Program-made: the position numbers and the translations under genes
In this document: piece by piece, positions 10,087-18,818 of the stretch
Layout: each line of letters opens with the position of its first letter
Numbering within the stretch: the stretch's first letter is position 1
The notes under the pieces: generated by a model
What the model was told of the DNA's origin: nothing
Databases searched by the model: none
Seen by the model: only the letters and a program-made list of their open reading frames with translations
Assembly: GCA_046296075.1 (NCBI GenBank)
Contig: JBKBMC010000001.1
Coordinates: forward strand, 13,371 to 77,370
Length of the DNA stretch: 64,000 bases
Direction of reading: 5' to 3'
Source of the DNA: Erythrobacter sp.
GTDB taxonomy: Bacteria; Pseudomonadota; Alphaproteobacteria; Sphingomonadales; Sphingomonadaceae

Positions 10087-10371
10087 ATGACAGACAGCAC
10101 CGCAACCGACCTGCCGCCCGATCACTTGTCCGTGAACCCGGCGAGCCCGCATTTCAACGCCGAATTGCTCCAGCGCGGCATCGGTATCCGGTTCAAGGGC
10201 GCGGTGCGCACAGATGTCGAGGAATATTCGATTTCCGAAGGCTGGGTGCGGGTGCAGGCGGGCAAGACGGTTGACCGGCGCGGACGCCCGCTGCTGATCA
10301 AGCTGACCGGCGAGGTCGAAGCGTGGTTCGAGGATCTCGGCGAGGATGCTCCGGTCGCCCGCAAGGGGTAG
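10087..10371 (+). CDS. DUF3297-like small protein
   Basis: PPDHLSVNP...GIGIRFKG...VEEYSISEGWVRV motif recalled for this family. Confidence 0.75.
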   Translation: MTDSTATDLPPDHLSVNPASPHFNAELLQRGIGIRFKGAVRTDVEEYSISEGWVRVQAGKTVDRRGRPLLIKLTGEVEAWFEDLGEDAPVARKG

Positions 10372-10454
10372 CCCAAAGTTTCGCTAACGCGAACCGCAGA
10401 CCACCCGCAACAAACTTGCCAAACCTCATGTTTGCGCCCACTTGAGCGGCAATC

Positions 10455-11864
10455 ATGAGTGTTCCCAGCAAACCGCAAGTCATCATCATCGGCCGGCCCA
10501 ATGTCGGCAAATCCACGCTGTTCAACCGGCTGGTGGGCAAGAAGCTTGCTCTTGTCGACGATCAGCCGGGGGTGACGCGTGATCGCCGGATGGGCGATGC
10601 GGTGATTGCCGGACTTGCCTTCACCATTGTCGACACCGCCGGGTGGGAGGATGAAGACCCCTACACCCTGCCCGGCCGGATGCGCGCGCAGACAGAGGCG
10701 AGCCTTGAAGGTGCGGATGCCGCGCTGTTCGTGATCGACGCTCGCGCCGGATTGACCCCGCTTGACGAGGAAATCGCCCGCTACCTGCGCGAACAATCCG
10801 TGCCCGTGGTGGTGGTGGCCAACAAGGCTGAAGGCGCAGCAGGCGAAGGCGGCGTGCTCGAATCCTATGCGCTCGGGCTGGGCGATCCGGTGGCGCTTTC
10901 AGCCGAGCATGGCGAAGGCATCGCCGATCTGTTCGGTGCGTTATGGCCGATCATCGGAGAGCAGGCCGAAGCCTATGAGGCGGCGCAGGAGGAGGCCGAG
11001 GCCGCTCTTGACGATGACGAGGAGCGCCCGCGCGGGCCCCTGAAGCTCGCCATTGTCGGCCGCCCCAATGCGGGTAAATCGACCCTGATCAACCGCCTGC
11101 TCGGTGAAGACCGGTTGCTCACCGGCCCGGAAGCAGGAATCACGCGCGATTCGATTGCAGTGGACTGGCAATGGACCGATCCCAAGACGGGCGAAATGCG
11201 GGACATTCGCCTCATCGACACAGCGGGGATGCGCAAGAAGCGCAATGTCACCGAAAAGCTGGAAAAGCTTTCGGTCGCCGACGCACGGCGCGCGGTGGAC
11301 TTCGCCGAAGTCGTGGTGCTGCTGCTTGATGCCACCCAGGGGCTTGAACATCAGGACCTGAAGATCGCGTCGCTCGTGCTTGAGGAAGGCCGCGCGCTGA
11401 TGATTGCAATCAACAAGTGGGATGTGGCCGAAGACGCGAGCAAGCTGTTCAACGGCATTCGCGCCGCGCTTGATGATGGCTTGGCGCAGGTGCGCGGCCT
11501 GCCCCTGCTCGCGGTCAGCGCCAAGACGGGCAAGGGGCTCGACCAGATGCTGGGCGCGGCGTTCGAGCTGCGCGAAACATGGTCGCGGCGCGTACCAACC
11601 GCCGCGCTTAACCGCTGGTTCGATGATGCGCTTGAAGCCAATCCGCCGCCTGCCCCCGGCGGCAAGCGGATCAAGCTGCGCTATATCACGCAGGTCGGCA
11701 CCCGCCCCCCGCGCTTCGTGATTTTCGGCACGCGGCTTGATGCCCTGCCCACGAGCTATGAACGGTATCTGGTCAACGGCATCCGTGCCAAGCTCGGCTT
11801 TGATGCGGTGCCGGTGCGGGTGACGCTCAAGAGCCCCAAGAACCCCTTCGCCAAGGACGGGTGA
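10455..11864 (+). CDS. der: Ribosome biogenesis GTPase Der/EngA
   Basis: Two GTPase domains (GRPNVGKS, GRPNAGKS, DTAG twice) and KH-like C-terminus. Confidence 0.97.
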   Translation: MSVPSKPQVIIIGRPNVGKSTLFNRLVGKKLALVDDQPGVTRDRRMGDAVIAGLAFTIVDTAGWEDEDPYTLPGRMRAQTEASLEGADAALFVIDARAGLTPLDEEIARYLREQSVPVVVVANKAEGAAGEGGVLESYALGLGDPVALSAEHGEGIADLFGALWPIIGEQAEAYEAAQEEAEAALDDDEERPRGPLKLAIVGRPNAGKSTLINRLLGEDRLLTGPEAGITRDSIAVDWQWTDPKTGEMRDIRLIDTAGMRKKRNVTEKLEKLSVADARRAVDFAEVVVLLLDATQGLEHQDLKIASLVLEEGRALMIAINKWDVAEDASKLFNGIRAALDDGLAQVRGLPLLAVSAKTGKGLDQMLGAAFELRETWSRRVPTAALNRWFDDALEANPPPAPGGKRIKLRYITQVGTRPPRFVIFGTRLDALPTSYERYLVNGIRAKLGFDAVPVRVTLKSPKNPFAKDG

Positions 11865-12352
11865 TCATGCTGCTGCTCGATCTGCTGTCATCCGGCGCAA
11901 ACCCGCTGCTTTCTTTCGAGATCATCGAACGCACCGCCTCTACCCCAAGGGTGCAGCAGGTCGTGCAGTTGAGCCTAGCGCCCGCGTTCCTGCTGTCCGG
12001 GATCGGGGCGATCATGAACGTGATCATGAGCCGGATGATCTGGATTGCCCAGCGTGTCGACAAGATCGAGGACAAGCTGGAGGACGAGCGCACGTCCAAG
12101 CAGGTGCGCGAACATGGCTGGCTGATGCGGCGACGCAAGCTGGCGCAGGGCGCGATCCTGTTTTCGACCGCAGCGGCAGTGATGATCAGTCTCGTGATCG
12201 GCCTGCTGTTCATCTCGGCCTATATCACCGCGCAGATCGGCACGGTTATCGCCGCGCTGTGGGTGCTGACAATGGTGCTGCTGGTGACAGGCCTTGGTTT
12301 TTTCCTGATGGAAACCCGGCTGGCCGCGCGCGGCGCGGGCGCGACCCCATAA
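11861..12352 (+). CDS. DUF2721-like membrane protein
   Basis: QLSLAPAFLLSGIG motif; about 3 TM helices. Confidence 0.7.
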   Translation: MIMLLLDLLSSGANPLLSFEIIERTASTPRVQQVVQLSLAPAFLLSGIGAIMNVIMSRMIWIAQRVDKIEDKLEDERTSKQVREHGWLMRRRKLAQGAILFSTAAAVMISLVIGLLFISAYITAQIGTVIAALWVLTMVLLVTGLGFFLMETRLAARGAGATP

Positions 12353-12385
12353 CAAAAGGGCGGAGCATCGCTGCCCCGCCCCTCT
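12351..12385 (-). terminator. Intrinsic terminator after bfr
   Basis: GGGCGGAGCA-TCGC-TGCCCCGCCC stem with a T-run on the minus strand. Confidence 0.7.
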
Positions 12386-12406
12386 ATCGCATTGCGGGCC
12401 TTTCAG

Positions 12407-12889
12407 TCAGCCTTCGCCAGCAGGCGCGCTTTGCAACTGGACATAGTTGGGCAAGCCCATCAGCTTGATCATGTCGAACTGCTTCTCAAGAAAATCGACA
12501 TGCTCTTCCTCGTTCTTGAGGATATGTTCGAAAATCTGGCCCGAGGTGAAGTCCTTCACATCCTGACAATAGGCAGCCGCTTCCTTGAGCAGCGGAATAG
12601 CCTCGTTCTCCAGCGCAAGATCGGCCTTGAGAATCTCCTCGACCGTCTCGCCCACTTTCAGACGGTGGATCGCCTGGAAATTGGGCAGGGCTTCAAGAAA
12701 CAGGATGCGTTCCGCCAATTGATCGGCGTGCTGCATTTCCTCGATCGATTCGTGGCGCTCGTATTCGGCAAGCTTCTTCAAGCCCCAGTTATCGAGCACG
12801 CGATAATGCAGCCAGTACTGGTTGATCGCGGTCAGCTCATTGGTGAGCGCCTGATTGAGATAGTCGATGACTTTGGGATCGCCCTTCAT
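12407..12889 (-). CDS. bfr: Bacterioferritin
   Basis: MKGDPKVIDYLN, ELTAINQYWLH, EEMQHAD and EEEHVDFLE. Confidence 0.97.
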   Translation of the reverse strand: MKGDPKVIDYLNQALTNELTAINQYWLHYRVLDNWGLKKLAEYERHESIEEMQHADQLAERILFLEALPNFQAIHRLKVGETVEEILKADLALENEAIPLLKEAAAYCQDVKDFTSGQIFEHILKNEEEHVDFLEKQFDMIKLMGLPNYVQLQSAPAGEG

Positions 12890-13003
12890 GGGTCACGCTC
12901 CTTGCGATAAATCAAAGTGCCTTATGGCTTGGCGCTCTAGATAGCGCCTGCCGGACTATATTCGCAAGGGATAATGAAAAGTTTTTCTTTAAGAATCAGT
13001 TGT

Positions 13004-13020
13004 TTGCGATCTATTCGCAA
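13004..13020. promoter_or_regulatory. Palindromic Fur-like box between bfd and bfr
   Basis: TTGCGA-TCTAT-TCGCAA perfect 6-5-6 inverted repeat. Confidence 0.55.
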
Positions 13021-13036
13021 TCGCGGATGCCAGCAC

Positions 13037-13228
13037 TTATACTGCGAATACTTCGCATGATTGCGCAGCGCGCTGTTCTTCGATGATTTCCTGCGCATCT
13101 TCAAGACATTGACCGCAATTCGGGCGCTTTCCGAGGCTTGCATAGGTCGCTTCTGCGTCCCCATTGCAACGCGTAGCAGCGTGGCGAAGATCAGTCTCGC
13201 GGATTGCGTTGCAGATGCAGATATACAT
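13037..13228 (-). CDS. bfd: Bacterioferritin-associated ferredoxin
   Basis: MYICICNAI...CGQC; directly upstream of bfr. Confidence 0.92.
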   Translation of the reverse strand: MYICICNAIRETDLRHAATRCNGDAEATYASLGKRPNCGQCLEDAQEIIEEQRAAQSCEVFAV

Positions 13229-13271
13229 GGCCGCCGAATCACTCCTGCGAAGCGTTTGCAGAAGCTTTATA

Positions 13272-13290
13272 TGCGAGTTATTCTCAATAA
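13272..13290. promoter_or_regulatory. Fur-like box upstream of bfd
   Basis: TGCGAGTTATTCTCAATAA, near-palindromic and similar to the site at 53392. Confidence 0.65.
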
Positions 13291-13394
13291 CAAGAGGTGA
13301 TGTGCGGTCCGCAACTATTGTTGTGTGCAAGATCGTCACCAATGCCGCCCCGCTTTGCGCACTCGAGCGAAATAACCCGCCCGACCGCTGCCAG

Positions 13395-14669
13395 TCACTT
13401 CCGCAGCGCGAACACTTTCCGATAGGTCAGGCAGCGCCACAGCCATTCGAGCGGGCCATAACGGAACCGATCCAGCCACGGCTTGGACCAGGCCAGCATC
13501 AGCACCCATGCAAGCGCGACAACAAGATAGAGCTGCGGGCGATTGAGCTCTCCGAACAGGCCCAGTCCCCAACCCTGGAACACGATCATCATCACCACGG
13601 ACGTGCCAAGGTAATTGGTGAATGCCGCACGGCCCGCTGCGCGCACCCGGTCGCCCAGCCAGCCAGTCGCCTGAGGGGAATAGACAACCATCAGCGCGGC
13701 CATCCCCAACACCATTGCGAGGCGCGGCAGCGGCGTCCAGCCGACAAACGCGGCCAATGTCGCATAGTAGCTAAAGCCGCTCGCCTTCACCACAAGCCCG
13801 AGAGCGAGATGCACCAGCGCCCCACCTATCAGACCAATCCAGCCCCACAGCCGCATCTTGCGCGGATCAAAGCCGCCGCTGAAGAAGCCCATACGATAGA
13901 GCGCCATCCCGATCAGCATCAGCGGCAGCGTCTCTAACCCGAACAGCAACGCATTGCTGATCGGTTCATGCCACTGCTCGGTGATCCGATGCGCAACAAG
14001 CGCGCCATAATCGCCCGATGCAATCGCGGTATTGGGGACATCGCCGTGCGCAATCGCTTCATCAATCCCTTTGACGAGATCTTCGCGCGATTCCGCGAAG
14101 GAAGGATTGTCGCCAAGACTGGTGTCGACAATCGCGTAGGGCATCGACAGCGCAATCACATAGAGGATTGCACCGACCACATATCCGGTGAACCCGACGG
14201 TAAACTGGCGTTTGACAGGCCAGCGCACACACGCGAGCATAATGAGGCCGAACAACCCGTAATAGAACAGGATATCACCGGCCCAGATGAAGAAATAATG
14301 CACCATGCCGATGATCATCAGCACAACCAGTCGCCAAGCCTGCAACTTGCGCGTGGCACCGTTGGCCCACGCCCGCTCGATGAACAGGTAAAGCCCCGCG
14401 CCAAACAGTAGGGTGAAAAGCCCGCGCATCTTCCCGTCGATCAGAACATATTGGGCAATCCACATCCAGCCACCGGGATCGCCGGGATCGGTCAGGAAAG
14501 CGGTCGGATACATGTAAGCTTCGAAGGGCTGACCGAAAGCGACGATATTGGCCGCCAGAATGCCCATCACCGCAAGGCCGCGAATGAAATCCAGCGTCGC
14601 AATACGATCTTTCGGCGCGACGGGCGCGATGGCCGCCTTCGCGCTAAACCCTTCGGCAGTCTGTTCCAT
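13395..14669 (-). CDS. DUF418/YeiB-like membrane protein
   Basis: LDFIRGLAVMGIL, FTLLFGAG, AFTNYL and GPLEWLWR. Confidence 0.85.
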   Translation of the reverse strand: MEQTAEGFSAKAAIAPVAPKDRIATLDFIRGLAVMGILAANIVAFGQPFEAYMYPTAFLTDPGDPGGWMWIAQYVLIDGKMRGLFTLLFGAGLYLFIERAWANGATRKLQAWRLVVLMIIGMVHYFFIWAGDILFYYGLFGLIMLACVRWPVKRQFTVGFTGYVVGAILYVIALSMPYAIVDTSLGDNPSFAESREDLVKGIDEAIAHGDVPNTAIASGDYGALVAHRITEQWHEPISNALLFGLETLPLMLIGMALYRMGFFSGGFDPRKMRLWGWIGLIGGALVHLALGLVVKASGFSYYATLAAFVGWTPLPRLAMVLGMAALMVVYSPQATGWLGDRVRAAGRAAFTNYLGTSVVMMIVFQGWGLGLFGELNRPQLYLVVALAWVLMLAWSKPWLDRFRYGPLEWLWRCLTYRKVFALRK

Positions 14670-14814
14670 GCACCCCCCTGTGATAGAGGTTGGCAGAGTA
14701 ACAGCTTCGCGCTGCAATGGTAGCGGTAATTCAATGCCTTGATTGAATTGGCTTGAACCTTTGTCGACCCGGTTCGGGTGGGCTTGCCTTGCTCAACGCG
14801 CCAAGTTGCTACCG

Positions 14815-15738
14815 CTAGCTGTCACCAACCACGAGACAGGCCTGTTCCTGACGCCGGAGTGCGCTGCAGGCCTGTTCCGCCGCTGCCTTGCTGGCAAACC
14901 CGACAGCGTGCAGCCGGGTGACTTTACCACCGGAAACCAGCACCTTGCGCGTGCCGGCAAGCGCCGGATTATCAGCCAGCTGGTTCCACAGCCTTTCGGC
15001 ATTGGCAGCAAGACCGAAAGCGCCGAGCTGTACCCGCCATGACCCTGTCATGGCGCCAGAGCGATCCGGCACGGGAGTGACAACGGGCGCAGGAGCCGGC
15101 CGAGCACCACCCTCCGCCGCGGCGAGCGGCGTTGCGCCATATCCGGTCGCATCGTCAGCAAGCTGGCGGGACAGCACGCGGCCCTGCTGGCGCTGCGAAA
15201 GCGGGATGTACACCTCCATCTCGGCAAGTGGGCCCGCCGCCTGCGGCAAGCCGGCTTCGCTCGCCAAGGTCATCAAGGCAAAAGCGCGCACCCAGTCCCG
15301 CGGAACAAAATCGCCGTTGAAATAGGCAAGACCCACCACGTATTGCGCGCGCGGATCGCCGCGCCCGGCTGCGGCCAGCAGGAGCGGCATGGCCTGTTCC
15401 CGCTTGCCATCCTGAAACAGCAGCAGCCCGTAATTATCCGATGCCTTGATATGTCCTTTGGCGCTGGCAGCAGCATAGTACTCGCGCGCCCGCACGCTAT
15501 CGGCTGCAACACCCCGGCCAAGCCGGTAAGCCTGTGCCAGATTGTAAAGCGCGTCGGCATCGCCTGCCTTCGCCGGAGCTTCCCATTCAGCAACCGCGCG
15601 CGCGTAATTGCCGGCTTCCCACGCCTCGACACCGGCTGTGACATCAGCCAGCGCCGAAGTGGCAGGCAAGCCTGCCGCCAGCGCCAGTGCGATCACAAGA
15701 TGGCAGGGAACTGCCCTGGTCTTGCGGTAATTCATCAT
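14815..15738 (-). CDS. Sel1-repeat + SPOR-domain secreted protein
   Basis: Signal peptide; Sel1 repeats (GDADALYNLAQAYRLGRGV, GDPRAQYVVGLAYFNG); C-terminal SPOR WRVQLGAF. Confidence 0.85.
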   Translation of the reverse strand: MMNYRKTRAVPCHLVIALALAAGLPATSALADVTAGVEAWEAGNYARAVAEWEAPAKAGDADALYNLAQAYRLGRGVAADSVRAREYYAAASAKGHIKASDNYGLLLFQDGKREQAMPLLLAAAGRGDPRAQYVVGLAYFNGDFVPRDWVRAFALMTLASEAGLPQAAGPLAEMEVYIPLSQRQQGRVLSRQLADDATGYGATPLAAAEGGARPAPAPVVTPVPDRSGAMTGSWRVQLGAFGLAANAERLWNQLADNPALAGTRKVLVSGGKVTRLHAVGFASKAAAEQACSALRRQEQACLVVGDS

Positions 15739-15877
15739 GCGTTCCCGAGTTTGACGATCAGGCTCTTTGAGCCTTGATTCGATCACGATTATCAGATGTT
15801 TGCAATCTGTTCGCCGCATGGCAAGCAACCTGCCCGAACGCCAGTACAACTTTCGCAAAAGGCCTCAAAGTCGAGGG

Positions 15878-15893
15878 GTTAACCTTAAATTAG
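15878..15893. promoter_or_regulatory. CtrA-like binding site
   Basis: GTTAA-CCTTAAA-TTAG, which reads CTAA-N7-TTAAC on the minus strand, in the divergent intergenic region. Confidence 0.6.
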
Positions 15894-15970
15894 GGGTATC
15901 CTGCGATCCCATGCTCAATTCGCTGCAATTCAGCAGCATACATGGTTCAATGAGCAGGGGGACCCAGGCG

Positions 15971-16693
15971 TTGCGTGTACTCGCTTTGGCATCGCAAAAA
16001 GGCGGATCGGGCAAAACGACCCTGTCCGGGCATCTCGCCGTTCAGGCCCAGCGCGCTGGCGCAGGCCCGGTGGTGCTGATCGATATCGACCCGCAAGGTT
16101 CGCTCGCCGACTGGTGGAACGAGCGCGAGGCGGAATATCCCGCCTTCGCCCAGACCACCGTGGCACGGCTCGCCAATGATTTGCAGATCCTGCGCCAGCA
16201 GGGTTTCAAGCTGGCAGTCATCGATACCCCTCCCGCCATCACCATGGCGATCCAGTCGGTGATCTCGGTGGCCGAACTCATCGTGGTGCCGACTCGCCCC
16301 AGCCCGCACGACTTGCGCGCCGTGGGCGCGACGGTTGATTTGTGCGAGCGCGCGGGCAAGCCGCTGGTGTTCGTCGTCAATGGCGCCACGCCCAAGGCGA
16401 AGATCACCTCCGAAGCCGCTGTGGCCCTGTCGCAGCACGGCACGGTTGCCCCGATTACCCTGCACCACCGCACTGACTTTGCCGCGTCGATGATCGACGG
16501 GCGGACCGTCATGGAAATCGACCCGGAGGGCCGCAGCGCGGCCGAGATCACTGCACTGTGGCGCTATGTCTCCGACCGGCTGGAAAAGAATTTCCGCCGC
16601 ACCGTGTTTGCTCCCGCTCCCGCTGGTCAGCCTGCGGCGATGGGCGGCGTGCCGCGCCCGGCAGGTGGCTTCGGCCGCCGTGTGGCCCAGTAA
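15971..16693 (+). CDS. ParA/MinD-family ATPase (orphan)
   Basis: Deviant Walker A KGGSGKTT, DIDPQGS and IDTPP; TTG start after AGGGGG; no N-terminal HTH. Confidence 0.9.
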   Translation: MRVLALASQKGGSGKTTLSGHLAVQAQRAGAGPVVLIDIDPQGSLADWWNEREAEYPAFAQTTVARLANDLQILRQQGFKLAVIDTPPAITMAIQSVISVAELIVVPTRPSPHDLRAVGATVDLCERAGKPLVFVVNGATPKAKITSEAAVALSQHGTVAPITLHHRTDFAASMIDGRTVMEIDPEGRSAAEITALWRYVSDRLEKNFRRTVFAPAPAGQPAAMGGVPRPAGGFGRRVAQ

Positions 16694-16708
16694 AGGGTGA
16701 TGCACGCG

Positions 16709-17365
16709 ATGTCCGAAAGCGGATACGCCTCGCTCGGCCCGACTTTGCTTGCACGCAAGGGCGGAGCCAAGCCTGCCATGCGCCCGCAACTGCCGGTGCT
16801 GGGGGATGCCGGGGACGCCGCGAAACTCGCCGATGCACAGCTCGAGGATCTCGGCTGGAACGATATGGGCGATGATGATGGCACTGACCCTCAAGTGGTG
16901 GTGTCGATCGACCCCGAAACGCCGTTCAATGCCGCCGCGGCGGCTGCCAGCCCGATTGTGCGTCGTCAGCAGCGCCGCCTCGAGGAACGCCTACTGGCCG
17001 ATGCCGTGATGAATGGCCCGGAAGATGCAGAGCCTGATTATCCCGAAGAAAGCAATGATGACTGGGCGGATCACGAAACTGTGTCGGCACCGGTCCACAC
17101 GTATGAGGCCGAAGAAGTATCCGAGCCTGAACCAGTCGCCGTTCTTGCAGCACGCACGATACCTGTTCGCGAAGCTGCTCCGGCAATGGCGGGGCGCCGT
17201 GCTGCATTCACCTTGCGGCTTGATCCGGAACGCCACCTCAAGCTGCGTCTTGCTGCCACCATGCGCGGTGTGAGCGCGCAGGCGCTGGTGACGGATGCGC
17301 TCGACGCGCTGCTCGCGGACTTCGAGGAACTCGACACCATCGCTGCCCACTTGCAGCGTCACTGA
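16709..17365 (+). CDS. Putative ParA partner: basic N-terminal peptide, acidic disordered middle, C-terminal ribbon-helix-helix-like domain
   Basis: LLARKGGAKPAMR near the N-terminus; RRAAFTLRLDPERHLKLRLAATMRGVSAQALVTDALD at the C-terminus. Fold is inferred. Confidence 0.65.
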   Translation: MSESGYASLGPTLLARKGGAKPAMRPQLPVLGDAGDAAKLADAQLEDLGWNDMGDDDGTDPQVVVSIDPETPFNAAAAAASPIVRRQQRRLEERLLADAVMNGPEDAEPDYPEESNDDWADHETVSAPVHTYEAEEVSEPEPVAVLAARTIPVREAAPAMAGRRAAFTLRLDPERHLKLRLAATMRGVSAQALVTDALDALLADFEELDTIAAHLQRH

Positions 17366-17402
17366 ACAGAACCAAGCCGCACGACAAACGGGGAAAGTAA
17401 CC

Positions 17403-18806
17403 ATGGATCGCCAATCGAAGAGCCAGATCGCGCATCGCAGCCTTGGAAACCGGGCCTCTCCGATGCTCGCGCTGGTTATCCCCGCGGTGCTCGCCGGCGC
17501 GACCTTTGCCACCTATGAAGTCGCCGCCGCTGCTGCTCCGCAGACAAGCGAGGCGCAGATCGCCAAGGCGGAAGCCGCGCTCAAGAAAGGGCACGCCGCC
17601 AAGGCCATCCCCTTTGCCGAGGCCGCGGTGGCGGCTGACCCGCTGAACGCCGATTATCGTGCGCTGCTGGGCGCGGCCTATCTTGGTGCTGGCCGCTTCA
17701 TGGCCGCTGCGACCAGTTTCGAGGACGCGCTTGATCTCGGCCAGGAAGATGCCCGCACAATCCTGAGCTATGCTCTCGCCAAAACCGCCATTGGCGATTC
17801 GCGCGTGGCCGTGGCGACACTGGACGAGGCACGCGAACAGCTTTCAGCGGCGGACTACGGTCTTGCGCTGGCGCTAGCTGGCGAGGCTCAACGCGGCGTG
17901 CAGGTCCTGATCCAGGCGGTGCGCTTTGAAGAAGTTACGCCCAAGCTGCGCCAGAACCTTGCCTATGCCTATGCCCTTTCGGGCAACTGGCGCGCGGCGC
18001 GGGTAATGGCCGCCGAAGATGTGCCCGCTGGCCAGATTGATGCGCGCATGGTCGAATGGGCGGCGACTGCTGGCGCAGACCAGTCCCAGCAACGCGTGGC
18101 GGCCTTGCTGAAGGTCACGCCGTCCTATGACATGGGGCAGCCTGCCCACCTTGCGCTTGCCAATTTCCGTGGGGGACCGGCGCTGGCCGTGGCCGAACCG
18201 GTAATAGAGGACAAGCCCGAAACACTGCGTCAGAGCGAAGCGCTTGCCTATGGCCTGGCCGATATCCCCGCCGCGACGCAGATCGAGCGGGTCGATCCGA
18301 CCCCTACCCGTCCCGCATTCGCGGAGCGCGCGCCCGCAGCGCCAACCACAGCCAGCGAGGGTGCCGTGCGGTTCGTCTCGAACCCGGTGGTGCAGGCCCT
18401 GCCACGCGCTGGAAGCCGCCCCGCTCCCACACCGCAACGCCGGATGGCGGCCACCTCTGTTGCCAGCGCCGAGCCTGCCCCGCGTGCGGCGACAAGCGAC
18501 ACATCGCTCGATAGCCACCTTGTGCAGCTTGGCAGCTACAACAGCCGGATCGAGGCCGAGCGGGGCTGGAATATGCTCAAGTCGCGCTTCCCGCAGCTTG
18601 GCAACCACGATGTTGTCTTTACCGAAGCGGTCGTGAACGGACGCACTTTCTTCCGCGTCGCAGCGGCAGGGTTTGGCCCCCAGAGCGCGAAGAGCTTGTG
18701 CAACACCGTGAAATCCGCCGGACGCGGCTGCTTTGCCTATGCTGCATCCAGCCCGCCCGCAGGCGCGGTCGACAAGGGCGTGCGGCTCGCAGCGCGGACG
18801 CGCTGA
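17403..18806 (+). CDS. TPR + SPOR-domain envelope protein
   Basis: N-terminal hydrophobic segment; TPR-like helices (YRALLGAAYLGAGRF, RQNLAYAYALSGNW); SPOR HLVQLGSY. Confidence 0.85.
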   Translation: MDRQSKSQIAHRSLGNRASPMLALVIPAVLAGATFATYEVAAAAAPQTSEAQIAKAEAALKKGHAAKAIPFAEAAVAADPLNADYRALLGAAYLGAGRFMAAATSFEDALDLGQEDARTILSYALAKTAIGDSRVAVATLDEAREQLSAADYGLALALAGEAQRGVQVLIQAVRFEEVTPKLRQNLAYAYALSGNWRAARVMAAEDVPAGQIDARMVEWAATAGADQSQQRVAALLKVTPSYDMGQPAHLALANFRGGPALAVAEPVIEDKPETLRQSEALAYGLADIPAATQIERVDPTPTRPAFAERAPAAPTTASEGAVRFVSNPVVQALPRAGSRPAPTPQRRMAATSVASAEPAPRAATSDTSLDSHLVQLGSYNSRIEAERGWNMLKSRFPQLGNHDVVFTEAVVNGRTFFRVAAAGFGPQSAKSLCNTVKSAGRGCFAYAASSPPAGAVDKGVRLAARTR

Positions 18807-18818
18807 AGCGTCATCTGA

